Source of the DNA: Hemiscyllium ocellatum
Taxonomy: Eukaryota
DNA length: 64,000 nt
Reading direction: 5' to 3'
Assembly (NCBI RefSeq): GCF_020745735.1
Contig: NC_083419.1
Coordinates: 27,116,085-27,180,084, forward strand
Under the pieces are notes generated by a model. That model saw nothing but the letters and a program-made list of their open reading frames with translations. It did not search any database and was not told where the DNA came from. This document shows, one piece after another, positions 36,801 to 49,600 of this stretch. Position numbers and translations under genes: made by a program. Within the stretch, counting starts at the first letter, position 1. Every line of letters starts with the position of its first letter.

Positions 36801-39800
36801 GAATGATCTGATGCATTACCAGGCTAAGTGTTATTGTTTCCTCAATGTTTAATACTGCTGAGAATGAGAGTGAGCATTGTTACATTACTCACGAATGCCA
36901 CATAGAAGACTGGGTGACAGACATCTCCATCAGATGACTAATGTGCAATCAACACCTTCCAATTCAATGCACCAACTCATGTTGCACCACTATCAGCAAA
37001 ATGCCACTGCATTTCACAGATCGGCAAGTTTCACACTTAAAACAGAAAAGGAACTCCAACACTTTATAGCTTACTGACCTTCAATCAGAACTTACCTACT
37101 TATCTGATAGCTTCTCACCAAAGGCTTGCGTGGGACAAGGACACAACCAGAAAAGATTTAGAATGAAATCTCACAGAAATATCAGGAATACACATCATGA
37201 AACTTTATGGTTTTCCATCAACTCCAGTTCTTTGACAACACTGAACTACCAATCAATCAGAACCTTTAAATTTCTAAATTCTTCCATACAATATTATGCT
37301 TACCAGTATTGCACATCGACAATTAGAGCTGAGAGAACTGACACATCTATCTGCATCCATCAATGCAGGAATAATGCTCATGTACGCATGCTAATATCTT
37401 TACATTGTTCTAAATGGCTCTCTTCTTCTGCACGGTGGAGTGCCAGTGCTGAATACCTAGCATAAGACTGCTCACCAACTTTGAGGAGAAGACTGCAGAG
37501 AATGCAGGCATGCGAAGGTAACATACCCGGGCTGAGGGTGAAGGGAGACTGGATATGTGCGGCATCTAGCCAGAAAGTCTCTATTTGCAGATCTCCCAGG
37601 TGCCCATCGAGCTTAATAATTAAACTTGGCAGCTCATAACACTAACAAACCTTTATGTTTTTCCACGCAATCGCTAGATCTAAAAAAAGATTCAGATGAA
37701 GAAAGAGTCTGCAGATAAAACTCTCAGTCTCATACAGTAAAACTGAGGAGGAACAGTTGGGAACCATTAGAGGAAACGTCATCAAGACGTTCCATCTCAC
37801 CCTGCACCAGCATTGAGACTTCCACCTTCCATCCAGAGTAGGCTCAGAACCATAGCCTGGTGAGCAGCGTATTGATATGAACCCAAACTGGAAGAAAAAA
37901 TAACAACTGACAATTCAGGACAGTTGGAAAACAAGCCCCAACATAACTCAGTACAAATAATGAACTTCTGCACTTAATTAATGATCTTACAGAGATATTG
38001 GGACAAGCAAAGAAATATCTGGTCGTAGTGACTAAGATCACGTGCAGGCTGGCGTGAAGAACAGCAGTCTGCTCAACTTTTGGTTGATATTGTTGCTCCA
38101 ACAAGTTAGTGCATAGTTATCTCTAAAGACATAGTAACGGCCACAGTGGAGAGCCAGGACCAGCAGAACAGTCGGTATCTGTTGGATATGTGCTCGGAGA
38201 TTCACTCTATTGCACATGCAATAGATGCTTTTGTTTACTGATCCGGATCCCTGAAAAGGGTGAGTAAGATGCCATTGTACACCAACAAGGTGGGGGTGGG
38301 GGTGGGGGCAGTTCTGGCTGCTGAGGTGACACCAAAAACTATTGGTAGGAAAAGAAAGATGAAAAAATACTGAAGTCACTTTGGGCATTATTCTTTTGTA
38401 CAGCATTTCATATCAGACTACACTCACGCAGTCTATTTCTGGTAAAAAATCTGATCAATGATGTTTTCCTTTATTGACTACCTTGAGAATGTTGATCATG
38501 CCAGACACTCATGTACATCATCTGAAGCAGTGAGGTTCTTTTTCACCGCTATGCTTTGGGACGAACATAATTCTGAGAAGTGAGAATTTAAGCAAGATGG
38601 ATGAGATTAGAAAGTCATTCAGCATACTGTTAGCCAATGAACATCTCTATGATCGAGGAATGATCTATGTGGACTAAGCCTGCAGAACTCTGTACTGATG
38701 CACTGGCCAAGACATTATTGCTGCAAAGAGAACAAAAATTATAACAAAGAGAGTATTTAAGTTTCACAGTTATAAGACAACAGTTCATTTGAGTACAGGA
38801 GTTCCTCAGCACAACAAATTGCCTGTTACTTCAGAGCCTCTACAAATGTTCATGCGAAGTCATTTGACCTTAATTCCAGCTGCTATCAGGTTCTTATGTG
38901 TTTGACTGTCTCATCTCACTACTACCTTGACTGCTTCAGCATCTTCATCATCAACTCTGGCATCCTCAGCATCTCCATCATATATTTCTTCTCCCTCTCC
39001 AAAGAGGTGTTTGGCTGGTCCGTCATCCCCTGTTCTAAGTTCCCAACCCATCTGAGAGCTAGGCTGTGCAGGGAACATCAACCAATCAATATTCTGGAGA
39101 CCCTATCTGGTGACTTCTGGAATGTGTCTTCGAAATGGTCTGGGCAATGGACGCACATCTTCAGAAGGCTAGCTGTTCAATAATGGTCACAAGTGGTGCA
39201 CTGTTTGCAATCAGTTTGAGCACTGGGGTTATTAGCTAAGCTTTCTGTGTGCTTGTGTGTCTATACGGCAAACATTCAAAATTGGGTGTGGCAGAATTTG
39301 AGTACTGTGACACTTCGCTAGATAATGTGTGCACACTGACAGGAATTGCTAGGTATGGTCACAAGCTAAGTGGAAATTGAGGAAATGAAACTCCTTTCTG
39401 CTCTAGAATCTGGTTGAATAATGGCATAGGGGTCCATATGTACATAGTTAATAGTCACTTGTACCTGAGGGAATCTTGTGCTGGATTAAACCTGACATCC
39501 CTGGCACCTTGATTCTCTGGGTCTACGATGATCTGGCCAAACTTAATTTCTGTAAGGGTCATTTGTGAACTCTGAAATGCACTTGTGAACTACCCATTGG
39601 GAGATACCATACATCCTCAGTTGTGGTCGGAACAAAGCCAACATTTTAGATGATGGCTTCTCTAATTAAACAAATTCCTCGTGTGAAAGTAAGAAGAAAG
39701 TGAATACTACTTTTCATGTAACAATTTCAGTAGACTAGTCAATGTCGCAGAAGGCCCGAACACTTCTCTTTATTTGCTGCTTGCTCATCTAATGCTGTAG

Positions 39801-42800
39801 CCTGCTGAGCCCATCTCTACTTGTTGTGATTGCTCTTTCTTCCTTTGCACCCTTATCAATGCTAACACAGCTATTGGATTAAGTAGGTCAAACCTGTGGC
39901 ATGGAAATAGTACCTGTGAAGAAATATTTGTAATGAAAGGTGAAGTTTCCATTTGAGTTGTTGATACAGTTACTATATCCTTTGGGCCCTTATCAGGCTG
40001 CTCATGTGGAGAGTGATAGTCATGGCTACAGGGCAGGTTATGTGATGAGGTAGATCCTCCATAACCAGTAATTGAAGATTACCCTTCTTAATGCTGTCAT
40101 GCAAAATATTAGTGTGTTTTATCTTTAATTTTTGATGCATGTGATAATTATCACAATGTCACTCTTGTCCTGCAAAATCCTGAGTGGTAGCCATACAATC
40201 TTGCAATGGACAACCTTGTAACGGTTCTTTGTCCATGTCCTTATCTTTCATTTGCGTCAGTCTCTGAATTGTCATCCATAGTTTAATTCAAAACACCACA
40301 CTCTCACCCTTCACAGTGTTCATTGTGGTTGTTAGGTGCCCTTCTTGTCAAAGATTAACGAACAACAGGGTATGGTAGGAGGTGGTTGTTTGCAGTTTAA
40401 ACACCTTATTTGCCTAATCTTGCAAAGTCTTTCCTTTCACTGCAAATGCCTTAACTGAGTGATCATGCAGTAAATTTTCTATCTTTCAGTTTCCATTGCC
40501 TCAGTTAGACGTGATTTTGGCATGCACTAACATGGGCAATCAGATCTGTAGCTCCTCTCCTTTGCACTGCACATTTTCAGAATTATTATTTTGGAAAATT
40601 GTGTTGCAAGATAAATTATTGTTGATTTTTCATTCAAGTCTTTCACTCTCCATCCTCCGCATTTTCCATCACCACTGATCATAGAATCAAACAGTACAGA
40701 AGAGACCCTTTAGCTCAGCAAGTCTGTACTGCCAAAAATACACTACCGCCAAAACTAGCCGTTGCCTTGAATGTTATGACACTTCAAGTGCTCATCTAAA
40801 TAGATTTTAAAGATTGGGAAGTTTCTTACCTCAATTACCCTCCCAGGTAGTGCATTCCAGATCCCCATCATCCTATGGGAACAAAAACATTTTTCCTAAA
40901 TGCCCTCTAAACCTCTTATTTTTCACGTGAAAATTGTACCCCCTATGACTAAGGGGAACAGCTGCTTTCTATTCACTCTGTCTATACCCATCATATTGTA
41001 TACCTCTATCAGGTTTCCCCTCTTCCATCTCTTCTGTCCTTTAATCTTTTCTGATAGTTGTCTCCTTGGATATTGCCCTTACATGAGCCCAATACTAATT
41101 TTTTTTTTAACTCGGGGATGTGGGCACTGCTGTCTGGGCCAGCATTTATTGCCCATCCCTAATTGCCTTTGAGAAGGTGATGGAACCGCTGGAATCCATT
41201 TGGTGCAAGTACATCTGCACTGTCATTAAAGAGGGAGTTCCAGGATTAAGACCCTGTGATACTAAAGGAAAGGTGAAATATTTCCAAAGTCAGGATGGCG
41301 TATGGCTTGCAGGGGAACTTGCAGGTGGTGGGGTCCCTATATATGCGCAGCCCTCGACTTTTTGCATGGTTTTAGTAAAAGAATTGGAATGTGCTGTTTA
41401 AGTAGCTTTGGTGAATTTCTGCAGTGTATCTTTTGGATGGTACACACTGCTACAGCTTTGGTGGTGGAGTGAGTGAAGTTTATGAATGTGGTGCTTCTCA
41501 AGCAGGCTCCTTTGTTATAAATGGAATCAAGTTTCCAGTTGGTGGAGCTGCCCTCATCCAGGCAAACAATTCTCATAGCCAAAGATCCACTTATCCTGAC
41601 TCTCTGCTTTCAGTTGATTAGCTAAACCTTTATAAACAAATAACTTACCCTTAACACCATATAATCTTACCTTGCATGTTAACCTTTTGTGCAACACCTT
41701 ATCAATTGCCTTCTGGAAATCCAGATATACTGCATCTATAGGATCCCCATTATCCATATTGCTGTTCCATCTTCAAAGAACTTGAGCAAGTTAGGCAAAC
41801 ATGATTTACGCCTCATAAAACGATATTGACTCTGGCGAAGCTAGCTGATATAGCTAGCGAGTTCAGTTTCTGGTCAGTAGTAACCCCCAGGATGTAGACA
41901 GTGGAGAATTCAGTGATAGTGTTGCCATTGAATGTCAAGGGGTAATGGTTAGATTGATGGGGTCAAAAGTGGATTGGTGATGTGGTAATTGGATTAGTCC
42001 TGCTTTGTGTAGCCTGGCAATCTTACACATTGTTGTGTAACTGTACAGAAACAATATGGCTAGGGATGAGGTAAATTCTGGAATACATGCCTACAGTACT
42101 ATTGCTGGAAATTGCTCGGGCCATAGCCTTTGTAGCATCCCCTGACTCCAACCGTTTTTTTGACATCATATGGAATGAATTAAATTTGCTGAAGACTGGC
42201 ACCTGTGATTCTGGGGATCTCTGGAGCAGGCCGAGATAGATCATCCACTGGGCACTTCTGGCTGACGACTGTTGCAAATTCTTCAGCCTTATGTGTTGTA
42301 CTTATATGCTGGCCTCCCCCATCCCTATCATTGAGAATGGGAATGATTGTGGAGCTTCCACCAGTGAGCTTCACCACCCTTCTCAACAAAATATTGCAGC
42401 ACTGCAGATGTGGGCGGCACGGTGGCACAGTGGTTAGCGCTGCTGCCTCACAGCGCCTGTAGACCCGGGTTCAATTCCCGACTCAGGCGACTGACTGTGT
42501 GGAGTTTGCACGTTCTCCCCGTGTCTGCGTGGGTTTCCTCCGGGTGCTCCGGTTTCCTTCCACGGTCACAAAGATGTGCGGGTCAGGTGAATTGGCCAAG
42601 CTAAATTGCCCGTAGTGTTAGGTAAGGGGTAAATGTAGGGGTATGGGTGGGTTGCGCTTCGGCGGGTCGGTGTGGACTTGTTGGGCCGAAGGGCCTGTTT
42701 CCACACTGTAAGTCTAATCTAATCTAATCCTAGGTCAGTTCTGCCTATCACTTGTTGATTAAGTAGTTTGCATGCAATTAGTTGTGTTTTTTTGGCAGGT

Positions 42801-45296
42801 TGACACATTGCACACTTGAATTGTGCCTTGTGGAAGATGGAAACTAAGGTAGCGAGTTACTCGCTCGAGAATACTTAGCTTCTGACCTGCTCTGGTAATC
42901 TCTGATTTTATGTAGGTGGCCTGGTTTAATTTCCAGTCAATGGTAAGCAATAAGATGATGATGGAAATCAGTGATGATGATGCAACAGCTCAACAATAAT
43001 TCTGCACTTTCCTTAGAAAATAATCTTTTGAAGTCTTATTACGCTTCTTTTTTTAAATAATTATTACTCAACCAGAGTCGATGGCCTAGTGGTATTATCA
43101 CTGGACTGTTAATCCAGAGACCCAGGTAAAGTTCTGGGGAGCTGGGTTCAAAATCAGCCATGGTAGCTGGCAGAATTTGACTCTAATAATTACGTGGAAT
43201 TAAGAATCTAATGACTTCTAAAAATCAATTGCCAAGTGCGGAAAAAACCCATCAAGTTCACTGATGTCCTTTATGGAGGGAAGCCCACCATCCTTACCCG
43301 GTCTGGCCTATATGTGACTCCAGACCCACGCCAATGTGGTTGATTTCAACTGTCTTCTGGGCAATTAGGGATGGGAAATAAACGCTGCCTAGCCAGTGAT
43401 GCCCTCATCCCATGAATAAAAAAAAGAACATCCAAAAATAAATTATATGCTGTATAAATTGAGTACAATAGCAATTATTTGGGAAAAAAATACCTAATCT
43501 GTTGAGAAATGATTTACGGTTAACCAGTTGAGCACCTTCTGACCTATGATGACTGCAGTTCATATGTTTAGTGTTTTGCTTATTTAAGATAGAGATATTT
43601 CAGGGTTGCCCTTATTTCTACAGTCAGATACTAATCATCACCTTACACCATCAGAAGTTGGAATCATAGACTTGACAACCAGACTGTTATTCAAAATGAC
43701 TTGACCTCAGAACATGATCATTTCTGCATTTACAATTTTAGATAAGGACCACTGTGAAAGAGCACAGCTCTCAAACGTGTACCACAATGAGGCCCTGATA
43801 ACCATCTTTAAACATACAATGAAGGATGGCCACCTCTCCAGCTGAAAAAAGCCATGGTAGCAATGCTTGAAGGAAATAGAAAATTGAACCAAAACCACAA
43901 TTTCTCACTCAAGTGTGCCACCTTTAGCTAACTTTGTGAATGAAGTCATACAGCTAGCTATTTTGAACTACGACTCTAAATTAAAAGAATTTCAGTTCAT
44001 AAAAACAGAGAAATATTGTACTGTCATTCTAAATATAGACCCTTAACAGGCCGTGAATATTTAAAATTGCTGTAGATAGTACACTGTTTCACATCTTTTG
44101 ACATTTGTATAAACAGTTTAGTTAATAACAGGATGCTCCACATCCTAAATGAAAATCACAGGCCATGTCTTCCCCTTTGTGCAATGTAATGACTCATGTG
44201 TGTCCAAATTGCTGATGAGATCTTTCCTGTTTCATTCATAAGGAAGTCATGTCCATAGAATTATTAGGCAGGAACATGAAAACATGTTACATCTAAAGAC
44301 AGAAGCCAGAACCAAGCCCATTAAAACATATAGCAATTTACCAAGGGTGATTAATTAAGAATAGAAAAGTATTAACTAACAATACAATACTTAAAGCTGT
44401 CTATTACTAGATCAATTTTAAGCTCATTGAATTTATTTGCACATATTTTTGAATTTTGTAAAAATTACTACTCTTCCAAATAAATGGAAAGTTGTCAAAA
44501 ATGCACCAAGGATTTTTTTTTATTCAAGACAAACAGTAACTTGGTCTTTGATGAATTAACTGCACGTTTAGCTCAATCACTTTTCATCAGGAAATCAGAG
44601 TTCCTCATATCCTGCAGGAAGGAAGTGCTGGCAGGAGCTGCTGTCAGCACTGCACCAGGCTCTTGACTCCCTCTACTTCCGACATGTGGTGATCACAGTC
44701 TCCATGCACCACAGTGATCTATTTAAAGGTTACCCCTCTCTCACCTATTACCATGTCAGTATCTTCCAACTGAAAAGTAGAATTAATATCGGCATATGAA
44801 AGCCTACAGGGCAGATGTAATAACAAAATACTATCAAATTCCTGCTGAAATATATAGGCTATTTCCATAATATGTGCAGAAACTATCCCAGGTTTCTTGA
44901 AAGATAAACAGAACTGCTCATCATTCACAAATAATTACTTTGAAGAGCTAAGGCCCTTACCTTCCCTCTACCTGCCCAGTGCTGCCATGACTGTCACCAA
45001 ATATTTACATTTTTAGTACTAATCTTCCCCTTTAAATTTCCCCTTTAAAATATTCTTACCTGCGTCTCTTTCGAACATACTTTATCTGGCAAAAAAAGCA
45101 ATAAAGATATATTAAAAGTACGATTATGGTAAACCCATAAATTGCAGAACATGTTGAAAAGAATTTTTTAAAAAAGTGTTACCACTACAACTGCAATGCC
45201 AATGACTGCTATGACTGTAACAGGAATCAGCATGAATCCTAAGATTGATGCACCGTGGTTACTGTCAGGGGGGCTGCTGGCTGTTTGATTGGGCAT
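27732..45296 (-). CDS. SMIM29/C3orf18-family small single-pass membrane protein, spliced CDS join(45296-45183, 45085-45060, 32655-32550, 27815-27732), 109 aa
   Basis: Hand splicing at GT/AG sites gives MPNQTASSPPDSNHGASILGFMLIPVTVIAVIGIAVVV|IKYVRKRR-R|LEKLRNKLVPIYSYDPSEDRNDVEEESLDHSGEVK|DGHEPSDEKANRLDDSRVSTSNTDSVL*. Phases are consistent (0,2,0). TM helix, basic stop-transfer patch and L..LR..L.P.Y.YDP.E motif resemble recalled SMIM29 ([28 protein letters not shown]) and C3orf18 ([23 protein letters not shown]). Orthology not resolved. Confidence 0.85.
28270..30130. mobile_element. Cluster of decayed CR1 fragments (+ 28270-28580, - 28590-29790, + 29810-30130) with a Penelope-derived insert at about 29430-29602
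   Basis: CR1 RT C-terminal motifs; Penelope arm CACCAGGTTA.AGTCCAA / TTGGACTATAACCTGG. Confidence 0.7.
30190..30360 (-). mobile_element. DeuSINE-like (SacSINE1/AmnSINE1-type) relic; further copies at 21488-21585 and 34410-34585
   Basis: Three mutually similar copies of the GAACTT.CATTTATA..GC..TT..C...CAGG....CCAAA...GTAG.CACT.T.GTAATGTAGGAAA motif. Confidence 0.5.
32550..32655 (-). CDS. SMIM29/C3orf18-like coding exon 3 (conserved cytoplasmic motif)
   Basis: gttgtttcaaag|G TTA GAA...GTG AAA|gtaagt; 106 nt; LEKLRNKLVPIYSYDPSEDRNDVEEESLDHSGEVK. Confidence 0.9.
35800..40480. mobile_element. Decayed PIF/Harbinger DNA transposon: transposase on - strand (about 38900-39900), Myb/SANT-like gene remnants on + strand; boundaries approximate
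   Basis: Minus-strand translations FPQVQVTINYVHM, SRKEFHFLNFHLACDH, IIEQ..LLKMCVHC.D....Q.SPDRVSRILIG*CSLHSLAL match HARBI1/DDE_Tnp_4 motifs (GFP.VQG.IDCTH, NRKGFHSLNVQLVCD, LKMRFRCLD...LQY.P.RV..I...CC.LHN). Confidence 0.7.
41100..42990 (-). mobile_element. Degraded non-LTR retrotransposon (APE/RT type, clade uncertain) with nested CR1 fragment (41577-41830) and SINE
   Basis: KAEEFAT..SQKC.VDD, KAM.P....; 3' end GGGCAATTAGGGATGGGCAATAAATGCTGG on - strand. Confidence 0.65.
42410..42729 (+). mobile_element. Young HE1/V-SINE-type SINE
   Basis: A box TGGCACAGTGG, B box GGTTCAATTCC, V-SINE core, (CTAAT)n tail, CpG intact. Confidence 0.92.
43075..43425 (+). mobile_element. tRNA-derived SINE whose tail matches the LINE 3' end at 41100-41170
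   Basis: TGGCCTAGTGG A box, GGTTCAAAATC B box, tail GGGCAATTAGGGATGGG.AATAAA.GCTG. Confidence 0.78.
45060..45085 (-). CDS. SMIM29/C3orf18-like 26-nt coding micro-exon (IKYVRKRR-R)
   Basis: ttttttgccag|ATAAAGTATGTTCGAAAGAGACGCAG|gtaaga; strong splice sites; basic juxtamembrane segment. Confidence 0.9.
45183..45296 (-). CDS. SMIM29/C3orf18-like coding exon 1 (start codon, N-glycosylation sequon NQT, transmembrane helix)
   Basis: ATG at 45296 (gtcATG), 38 codons ending in hydrophobic ILGFMLIPVTVIAVIGIAVVV, donor GTG|gtaaca. The exon probably starts at acceptor tcatttttag|C at 45550, so it includes 5'UTR. Confidence 0.85.
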
Positions 45297-46077
45297 GACA
45301 CTTTAGTTTGCTGATGTGTTGAAAGTAGGTTTTCTTTTATACTTGTGCTTGATTGGTGGTGTGTCTGAAAGTTTTTCTCAAAATTAAGTCCTGCAATCTT
45401 TTCATGGTGTATTGTTTGGAGTGTTGAGTACTGGAACATCCGTCATCTGGTCATCAGGAAAGATTCAAACAGAACATGAAGCGACTGAGATTCTTTGTTA
45501 TTCTGTTTCACCCATGATTTTGTTGTGATCAGTCAGCACCTTCAAATAGGCTAAAAATGAAAGATATAAATAATTTAAGACTTGTGCAAGATGTGAATTT
45601 TGGAAGAAAAACCTTATTAAACAAAGTTAAACTATCAAGCAAGGCTAAATCCATTTCAACCTTTTAAATGCCATCATATAAGTGGAGAGAAACTGTAAAT
45701 TTCAGTGACAGATCACATTCCGATGATATACGTTTGCACTTAAACAAGAAAGGAAAATGTATCAGCTGTCACATTGTTTATTGTTGTCTTGCAGGTAGGT
45801 TTAAAGTATGACATTTACTGTTCCTGTAGAGTTTAAACAAATATGTCAGTATTCTTATGGCTTTGATTGAGATAATATAGATAGATTAGCAATTATGACA
45901 TCTGGGGAAGGAGTGCTGCTGGAATGAAAAGAGAAACTACAGTGACCTGAAGATTCTAACTCTTTTTGTTATCAGATCAAGATTGCATGGTATTTATGGC
46001 TCAGATCCACAGATGATTCAATGAGTTTGAAATTATTCAGCCTGCTTATGTAGGAAAATACCCCAGGGTGCATCACA

Positions 46078-46650
46078 GATGTATTGTGCACAGTTTTGGG
46101 CCCCATTTCTCAGGAAGGATGTACTGGCTCTGGAGCGGGTTCAGAAGAGGATCATGAGAATGGTCCCACGAATAAAAAGCTTAACATATGAGGAATGTTT
46201 GAGGACTGTGGGTCTATACTCAATGGATTTTAGAAGGATGTGTGTGTGTGTATGTGTGTGTGTGTGTGTAATCTAATTGAAACTTATCAAATACTGAGTG
46301 GTCTGGACAAAATGGAAGTTGGCAAAATGTTTCCATTGGTAATAGAGACGAGGACCCGAGTGCACAGCCTTAGAGTATAGGGAACACCTTTTAGAATGGA
46401 GATAAGGAAAAACGTCAGCCAGAGAGTGGTGAATCTATGGAACTTATTGCCACATAAGGCTGTGGAGGCCAAGTCATTGAGTATAATTAAGATGGAAATA
46501 GACAGGTTCTTAATTGTTAAGGGGATCAAGGGTTATGGGGAGAAAGCGGACGAATGGAGTTGAGAAACTTATCAGCCACGATTGAATGGTGGAGCAGACT
46601 CAGAGAGCAGAATGACCTAATATCTGCTCCTACGTCTTATGGTCTTATAA
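46078..46650 (+). mobile_element. CR1 LINE 3' fragment with embedded (GT)n (46239-46269)
   Basis: YCAQFWAPFLRKDVLALERVQKR; tail cttatggtcttat. Confidence 0.85.
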
Positions 46651-49600
46651 AGAAGGATTTATGTGTTCAAAATTGAAATGAGGAGATATTTCTCCTTCCA
46701 GGGAATTTCTACCGTAGAAAGTTGTGGAGACTGAGTTATTAAATATTCATGGCTGAGTTAGACACGTATTTGAACCATAAAGAAGGAAGAGTTAGGGAAA
46801 AGATGGAGGTGAGGACAAGATCAGAACAGCCCTTGACCTTAGTGAATAGCAGAACAGGCTCGAAGGACAGTATGGCTTACTCCTGCTCCTTTCGGCCAAG
46901 AGGCTCAAGGTTTAATCATGAGACCTGTCCCCAGAAGAAACTAAATTAAAAACATAAAATTAATCTGAGCCTTTTGTAGTAGTGGATCTAGCTCCTGCCA
47001 ATATTGCATGATAGTAGGGGGTGACAGTGCCCAAAACTCCCAATCCTTAGCTTGCATGACACACTTGGTTCTGATGACATAATAAGACCCAATCTGCATT
47101 GCTAAATTAGTAGCCTTCAACCTGCCAATGGGTATCCTTCTCAATAGCTGAAAAGAGCAAGTTCACATAGGGACAAGAAAAAAACAGGATCAGAGTGGTA
47201 AGCAATTGTTACATTGATTTCCTGCTCCTTCACAAGTAATGCCTGACAAAGGTAGTAAAAGCCATATATTATAGATGAAGTAAAGCCTCTGATTTAAAAA
47301 AAATTAGTAGAACAATAACATGAAAACAAATGTTTTTTTTCTCTCTGGCAATGTTTTTTTAAGGTAAAGGGACTTGAGAAAAGTGGAAACCAATATCTGG
47401 CTATGAAAAGTAAATCTTCAAAGAGAAAATAATACATGCATGCACAAACAGAATAAAAACTCTATTTCATTCACCTCCTCACATCACTTCACGAAAGTAC
47501 TGAAATACAAAGCTGGGAGTCATTCTCTCCATCATCTTGACAGTCCTTACCATGCAGATATTGTAGTCCACTCATTTGGAATGTAAACACCAGTGTAGAC
47601 TAGTGGTCCAAATGGCTTAATTTTGTGCTGTAGACTTTATACAAATTCTCTGTAATTTACGTTTTGCTGGGAAATTATTCCAAGAATTCCAATCACGTTC
47701 CTGTACCTCTTTCAAGTGGTTTTTATTCCTGTGTGAACATTGATATTGATTCTCAGGTCAGTTTTCAATGTTTTGTTGTTATATATTACGAAACACTGCA
47801 AGTACGTTCTCATTGAAATCTGAACTCTTAAAATCAGTTGTAGAACCCAGCTCCTGTCTGACTGTGATAAACTAATGTGGCACATATCAAGACTGGAATT
47901 ATGAAACCTCCTGGTCTGGATGGTTAGCTATTTATTGCTTTATTTTCTTAAATAACCATGTTTCAATAAAGAAAATTTAGAGAATCTCATATTTATCCAG
48001 TTTTCTAAACTATCCTATCAACTTTGGCTATTCTTCTGTGATGTAAACTATATCTGATCCCTTTCTGGATATTGAATTTTAATTTGCTTTCTCTGCAATC
48101 CACATTTTAAAAAAGAACCAGTTGTCACGCTAATCTTAGAAACTCTGTGTATGTAACTACAGAGAAATAGATGCCTTCATGGTATGCTGGGTTGTGTGCA
48201 GAGTGTCCTCTACAGCAACATATTGCACCATCACAGGTTACTGTATTAATATTTCAGGCATGCACATTTATAACTGGTTAAAATTGCAATTTGAAACATT
48301 TCAACTGTGAGCTGCTTTTGTAAAATATGGCTGCACTCCTAATGTAAAGACAATGCCACAACATTAAACTTTAAACATAATTAGCTTGTTAATGTCAGAT
48401 ATTAAAGTAACCCATTTAATCTTGATGGCTTCAGTTCCAAGAGTAGTTCCAAGTAAGCAGAGAAAGATGTACTTTGATATTGCGCTAATTGGATATTAAA
48501 ATAGTTTATATTTCTACCAGCCCATTCTGCTCACATTTTCTTTGTACAATACAATTTATTATTCCAGCTGATGACCGCATGAACATTAATTTTAGTCTGA
48601 CTGAAAGGTTAGCATAAATTGGCTGAGGTAGCAATAGACATATCCTGTGTGCAAATGAGTGTTCCTGGCCTATTTGTCAGCCAGTGATGTCTCCTGTACA
48701 TAAGATAGATAAACTAGACCTTGTGGATCATCAGTTTTTAAAATCAAAATGGACCAGCTTTGTACCAGTCACCTCTGTTGAGATTGACCATGAATAACAG
48801 AAGGTCAGGTGAGAAACTTGAACATTTTTGACTTTTTGGATTGTTTATCTTTATACCTTATCTTTTTATCTAAATAACACTAAAAGTCCAAGGGGTGTAG
48901 GGCAAGCGAAAATGAAGGTTGTTTTAAAACTGAAAGAAGAAGAAAAAGTTCTCTACTTATCAGATGTGATGTTAATATTTATTTATCCAAGCTAAAGCAG
49001 CACTGAGTAATTGGAGGTCAATTTACTTTGATAAGGAATAGCAAATTCTAGACACAGATTTAATCTTGCAAATAATACTGTTACTATTTTTTGATAATTC
49101 CCATCTTCACATCTGCATTCAATATCAACCATTTTCATAATATTTTGTTCATCCCATAATCTGAATACAACATGTAAGTTGATAAAGGAGGACTTACTCA
49201 ATGATCTTGTAATGAGATACAGTTGAGCAAGATGTAAGATTTTGAAAAAAAATTACATAATTCACAATAGTTAGATGCTGCTGTATTTCAAATTATTTAA
49301 GATATATAATTTATTATAATAATTAAGATATAATGAATTGTAATAGTGTTCTCTCTTATAGGTCACTTCTTAGAAAAAATAATTATTAGTCTGTAATCAG
49401 AATAAATTTGCTAATATAATTAAAAGATTTTCAACTGACAGATTGTGTCATAATTCTCATATATAATTTAAGATCTACAAGAATTTCATTCAAGTTCAGT
49501 GACAATGTGTATAATGGATGCTAGTATATGTACAGTTTAGAAGTACTATTGTTGGAAAGCTTTGGGCTCATTACAGTCAGAAAAAAGCCAAAAGATAAAA

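Noticed and set aside
45775-45805. AG|GT recursive-splice-like sites (also near 23989 and 59968)
   Set aside because: Such motifs are expected by chance in 64 kb and no plus-strand gene is established
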